Of a stretch of 64,000 bases of DNA, positions 58,569-64,000 are shown one piece after another (the first letter of the stretch is position 1; each line of letters opens with the position of its first letter). A program made the translations under genes and the position numbers. Source of the DNA: Neodothiora populina (lineage: Eukaryota); contig NW_027191402.1 of assembly GCF_041146345.1 (NCBI RefSeq), forward strand, positions 1,054,001-1,118,000, in the 5' to 3' direction. The notes below the pieces were generated by a model. The model saw only the letters and a program-made list of their open reading frames with translations, did not search any database and was not told the origin of the DNA.

Positions 58569-61500
58569 ATGGCCTTGACATCTGTTAGTATTGTCGACTT
58601 AAAGTATGAATAGATTTAGACTTACCTGAGATAGTGGAAAACATTCCGATTCTTCGATGTCGCTCAAGTCAAGGTGTCGGACGATGACAAGTCAATACTA
58701 AAGGTATATTTGAGACGAATAATTACATGCTCAAGGCAGCAAGTTGACCGACGATAGCAAGGCAATGTGAGCTGCATTACTACAGGAAGCAATTATGTCT
58801 ATGTGGGAACCCCGGACGGCAAGTTGCGACTTCTCGATAAGAGCTTCAGGACGGTCCAGTCATTCAAGGCGCACGAAACAGGAAGCATCACCAATATAAA
58901 ACAAATACCGCGCTCTTCATTGCTCGTCACTCTTGCCGAGGACTTGCCAAGCGAACCGGTACTGAAGGTATGGGCGCTTGACAGACCGGACAGAAAGACC
59001 GGCATCCCACGGTGTTTGTGCACTGTAGCTGTCCAGAATGGGAGGAAGCCTTTTCCCGTGTCTGCTTTTGCTGTTTTGCGTGACATGACGCAGGTCGCTG
59101 TCGGTTTCGCGAACGGTGCAGTTACTGTTGTGAGAGGTGACTTTATCCATGATAGAGGAACCAAGCAACGGACGGTGTTGGAGACCGATGAGCCCATCAC
59201 GGGTCTGGAGTTTCGGGAGGGCAACATTACGAATCTCTTCATTTCTACCACCAGTCGAATCTCTACTCTGATCATTTCTGGCAAGGGCCAAGGCCAACCA
59301 GCACGCGTCTTGGACGAGCATGGCTGTGCTGTTGGTTGTATGGTCAAAGACCCGTTTACCGCTGATCTTATTGTCGCAAGAGACGATGCTGTGTACACCT
59401 ACGGTCCACGTGGAAGAGGACCTTCGTATGCATATGAGGGTGCCAAAAAGATGGTCACAATGTACAAGGACTATGTCGTGCTTGTCTCACCCCCCAAGAA
59501 CAACAGCTTGACACGAACAACTCCTCTTAGGGCCTTTGGCTCGGCTCAAGCGGACGACCTCTTCAACACGTCGACTTTTGTCATACTTAATCCGGACCTC
59601 AAGATTGTTGCGCATTCTGAGGCAATCACTGCTCAAGTGGAATCGATATTTGCTGCTTGGGGTGACATTTATGTTGTCACTCTGGATGGCCGTCTCTTCC
59701 GATATCACGAAAAGTCCTTTCAGCAAAAGCTTGATATTCTGTACCAACGAGACTTTTTTGTTTTGGCAATTGAATTGGCACAAAAAGAAAAGGTCGACCC
59801 ATCGCAGCAAAATGTCATCTTCCGTAAGTACGGCGACTACCTTTACCTCAAGGGCGATTACGACACTGCCATGCAGCAATATCTTCGAGCAATCGACAAC
59901 ACTGAACCGTCACAAATCATTCGAAAATTCCTCGATAATCAACGCATACGAAACCTCATCGAGTATCTGGAAGAACTGCATGAGCACCACAAGGCGACTT
60001 CAGACCACACAACGCTACTACTAAATTGCTACGCAAAGCTGAAGGACGTCGATAAACTAGAAGATTTCATCAAGCAGCCAGGTGATCTAAAATTCGATCT
60101 CGATACTGCCATCAATATGTGTCGACAGGGAGGCTATTCAGATCAGGCCGCTTTCCTTGCGCGAAAACATAATGAACACATGCTTGTTGTGGATATTTTG
60201 ATTGAAGATCTCAAGAAATATGCAGAGTCTCTTGCTTATATCTGGCGATTACAACCTGATCAGGTAAATTCCTTTCGAACAAAGAGCTGTTCAAGGCTAA
60301 CCTGGGCGGACAGGCGTATAGCAATATAACAAAGTACGGCGTTGTACTTCTCGAACATGTGCCGGAAGATACTACACAGCTTTTCATCGACTACTTTACA
60401 GGCGACTTCCGACCGAAAAAGGATGCTATTATTACCCAAGACAATCCTTCAGCCCAGAGATCTGGCGGAATCGGGAGCATGGCAACATCAGCTGTGCAAA
60501 GTCTTGCCGCACTGATCCCTCTACCTTATATGAGCACCGATGTACCGCGCACGCCGGGTGGCAGCACTGCGACACAACAAGTCATCGAAACCACAGTCGA
60601 GGACGATTTTGTTGATTATGATGTACCAAAGCCGAGACAAGCCTTTTCCGCCTTTATCGACCATTCCAACGAGTTCATCGTGTTTCTCGAGGCTTGCATC
60701 AAAAGCAGCAACATCAAGAACGAGGACAAGTCGGATCTATACACGACTTTGTTCGAGATGTATCTCAATATCGCTAGCAAATTACACGGAGGCGAGAAGA
60801 AAGAGTGGGAGACCAAGGCAAAGAGACTTGTCGAGGAGCATAATGACCGCATGGGCACCTCGAATGTTTTGCTCTTGTCGCACCTGACCAACTTCCGCGA
60901 TGGCACGACGCTGGTTCGCGAACAGAGTGGCTTGTATTTTGACATTTTCCGATCTTATACCGCGGCAAATGACAACGCAGGCGCTCTCAAAGCACTGCGC
61001 AAATATGGTCCCGAGGAACCCCAGCTCTATCCTGCTGCATTGGCCTACTTTACGTCTAGTAGCGCCACACTCGCAGATACAGGTAGCGAGATCGACAATA
61101 TCCTAAAGAAAATCGACGACGACGGTCTCATGGCGCCTCTGCAAGTCATTCAGACATTATCCCAAAATAAGGTCGCAACGATGGGTCTTGTGAAGACTTA
61201 TCTCGCCAAAACAATTGAGCGGGAACGAGCCGAGATTTCTTCCAACCGAAAGCTGATCTCTACATACCGCACGGACACGGCCTCCAAAGCCGGCGAGATT
61301 GAAGCACTCAACTCGAAGCCTGTTTCTTTCTCAGCGACCCGCTGTTCGGCGTGTGGAAACCCTCTCGATCTGCCCACTGTGCATTTCTTGTGCAAACACA
61401 GTTTCCATCAACACTGCCTCAACGTCGAAACGGTGGACGACGAGGACGAAGACGTCGAATGCCCTCTGTGTGCTAATTCCAACGCGACGGTCAAGGCTAT

Positions 61501-61639
61501 CAAACGAGCACAGGACGAGAGCGCCGAGAGAAACGATTTGTTCCTTGATGCTTTGGCTAGGAGCAGCGATGGATTCGGTACCGTTAGTGAATGGTTTGGA
61601 CGTGGCGTCATGAGCAGAGGCGTCGCAAATATGGACTAG
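58569..61639 (+). CDS. VPS11: HOPS/CORVET subunit Vps11; introns 58584-58634, 58704-58757 and 60264-60313
   Basis: MALTSWKTFRFFDV start, a beta-propeller region, a clathrin-repeat region (KYGDYLYLKGDYD) and a C-terminal RING (CSACGNPLDLPTVHFLCKHSFHQHCL..CPLC). Confidence 0.96.
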
Positions 61640-61857
61640 TCGCACCACAAAGAGATTCGAACCATAATGTAATAGCATTGATCATTGTTCAACAGCATCG
61701 TGGAGATCATGAGCAGATGTGTCGCGAATACAGAGTAGTCACGATAAAGAGGCTCGGTATGATGTAATAACATTAAAATTCGTCAATAATAGCATCTTGA
61801 CTGCCGAGTAACCCGGACGGCATATACATGAACGACAGGTGAAGACACAGAAGACTC

Positions 61858-63503
61858 CTAAGGCCTCCAGCGCCAACTGGGATGCTTCCAGTCCATATCC
61901 TGTTGCTCCAACTGTGTCTTTCCAGCCAACTCGGCGTCGACATTCTTCTTGTCTCTGTTTCCGTTGTCTCTCTTCATCCACAACAGAAGACCGACGGAGA
62001 GCAGCAAAACAGTGCTCGAAGTGGCCAGATTGAGTCCGTTACCGATGTGATAGTTGGGGCCGTCAAAGGGCAAGAACGACCACGTCGAGATCAATCCACC
62101 AATGTTGCCGAACATGACGTTTGTGCCGATGGCGCTGGATCTCGCGGTGTCCGAAACAACGTTGGCGCTGACCTGCGCGTTGCAGAGGGCACCGAAGGAA
62201 AAGGCGCCGCTGGCAATGATGAATGTCGCTCCGTAGCGAACCTGGGCGGTCTCGGAGGCAAGGAACATGATGTAACCGCACATCATGAGGGGCGCACTGA
62301 TGATGAACAGAATCATGCGGCGGTCCATCTTCCAGCTGATGAACGGGAAGAGGACGGTGAAGAAGGCGCCGACGACGTAGGGTGGCACGGTGTACAGTTG
62401 TTGCGAAATGACAGTGTTGTGTGGGTAGATGGTCCTGACGATGGTGGGCAGGAAGAAAGCAAGACCCTGGACCGTGACGTTGTCGAGAAGGAAGATGAAG
62501 GCAGTGCCGAGGGTGACTGGGCTGAAAATTCCGCGCAAGAGCTTGGTTCGGTCGAACTTGTCGAGGACCTCGGTGGCTGCGACACGCTCGGACTTGACAC
62601 GTGCGATTGCCAGGTCTTTCTCTTCTTGGGTCAACCACTTTGCAGTGGCAGGACGGTCGGTAAGAGTAAGGAAAGCAATGAGAGATATGACACAAGTGAT
62701 GATACCCTCAATGGCAAAGATCATTCTCCATGTGTGTAGTCCACCGAAGTGAGGAATCTTGAGGATGGCGGATGCAAGGAGACCACCAAAGGCTCCGGCG
62801 AGAGGCGCCATGACGATGTAAAGAGACAAGCGGAAAGCCAGCTCGCTACGTCTGTACCATCTGGAGAGGTAGTAGGCGATGCCGGGAAGCATACCAGCTT
62901 CGAAGAGACCAAGAAGGAACCGGACGCCGCACATTGCTGACATGTTTGTGACAAACGCTGTGCAGATCGAGCAGATTCCGAAACCAAGAGAAATTGCAGG
63001 AATGAACCAGCCAGGGCCGAAGTATTTGCAAGCCATATTTGAGGGGATCTCGAAAAGAATGTAAGAAATGTAGAAGACGGAGAGGACGATGTTGTAATCG
63101 TAGCCTTTCAGGTGGAGGTCCTTTTCCAGACCAGCGAGTTTGGCGTTACCTGTATTCGTGTTAGATCGATACAAGATGATGGACTGCAGACAATACATAC
63201 CGACGTTTGCACGATCGATGAAACAGAAAAGGTAAAGCAGAGCGACGGTGGGGACGATGCACAAGTCGATCTTCCATCGAAGTCTAGCTTCGGCCTTGGG
63301 ATCGAAGTGAACGAGAGACACTCCATATCTGAGACGATGGTCAGCAATTGTAGTAGAAAAAGGATTGAGTAAACATACTGGTCAGTGGCAGCGATACCTC
63401 GCTCTGCGGCACCATGAGTTGTTTCTTCGGCATACTCCTTCTGGATGGCTCCGTGCTTCTCATCAGCGAAGCTGCCATTGACAGATGCTCCCATTCGGGC
63501 CAT
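61858..63503 (-). CDS. MFS transporter, anion:cation symporter (allantoate/nicotinate permease-like); introns 63329-63378 and 63150-63200
   Basis: FIDRANVGNAKLAGL, FEIPSN, RFLLGLFEAG, WYRRSELAFR and WRMIFAIEG. Confidence 0.92.
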
Positions 63504-64000
63504 AGCAGCAGCGGTTGTAGGTAGTGAAATTAAAGTTGAAAGGGAAGATGAGTCTACCCCATGGGGGAGGGTGCGCCAGATTATATAGACCAATGCGGCT
63601 ACTTATCCAGGTCAGCGGGGTGGTCTCTTCTGGATTGGATCCACTTCGCATCAACGTGGCTCGGGGAGGGCGGAGAACCTATCAGGGGAGGGCAATAACA
63701 AAATCAACAACGCCTTTTTGTCGGCTGGTCGACGCTACGGAGTCAATCCTGACCATCTTCCAGGGAAGGGGGGTGGGGAAGACATCCACACCCATATCGG
63801 AAGCGCAAGCCCCTTGGCACAACAGTATCTACTTATCTTACCATGTATTCAGCTTTAATGCGGTGTACCTACAGGTATGTTCAGCCCTTCGGAAGCAGGT
63901 CGAGGCTCCAGTACATGTTCAACGTATTTCTTTGGCTTTTCTTGGCTCGCGTGCGCAAGCTGTGCGCGCCATTCCTTGAGCATCCTAATTCTCTTGGTCC

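Noticed and set aside
61882..62739. Long antisense or alternative-frame ORFs over coding genes (also 8963-9703, 10793-11554, 37411-38256)
   Set aside because: These are shadow ORFs expected from codon bias in GC-rich coding sequence.

Overview
Gene-dense eukaryotic DNA from a filamentous ascomycete (Pezizomycotina-type genes, short GT-AG introns with CTRAC-like branch points); the exact taxon cannot be set from the sequence. I can model about 25 protein-coding loci. Housekeeping genes include RCF2-like, YND1, RPB8, SHE4/CRO1, Hikeshi/OPI10, GDE1, RKM4/SETD6 and VPS11. Metabolic and transport genes include an ALDH, a DUF4188 monooxygenase, an SDR, GH35, GH32, permeases and a beta-carbonic anhydrase. 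There is also one frameshifted GT2 glycosyltransferase and three hypothetical genes. No rRNA, tRNA, CRISPR array or transposase was recognised. The most unusual signal is a non-coding element of about 340-400 bp built from degenerate 11/22-bp units. It occurs twice (35.1-35.4 kb and, inverted, 56.5-56.9 kb), is collinear at both ends, and lies each time in a convergent intergenic gap just 3' of a hypothetical gene. Other leads are an AT-hook protein with Rtt107-binding-like and RAD51AP1-like motifs, and an ALDH plus Af470-like gene pair. Family assignments and splice models come from manual motif reading, not database searches.
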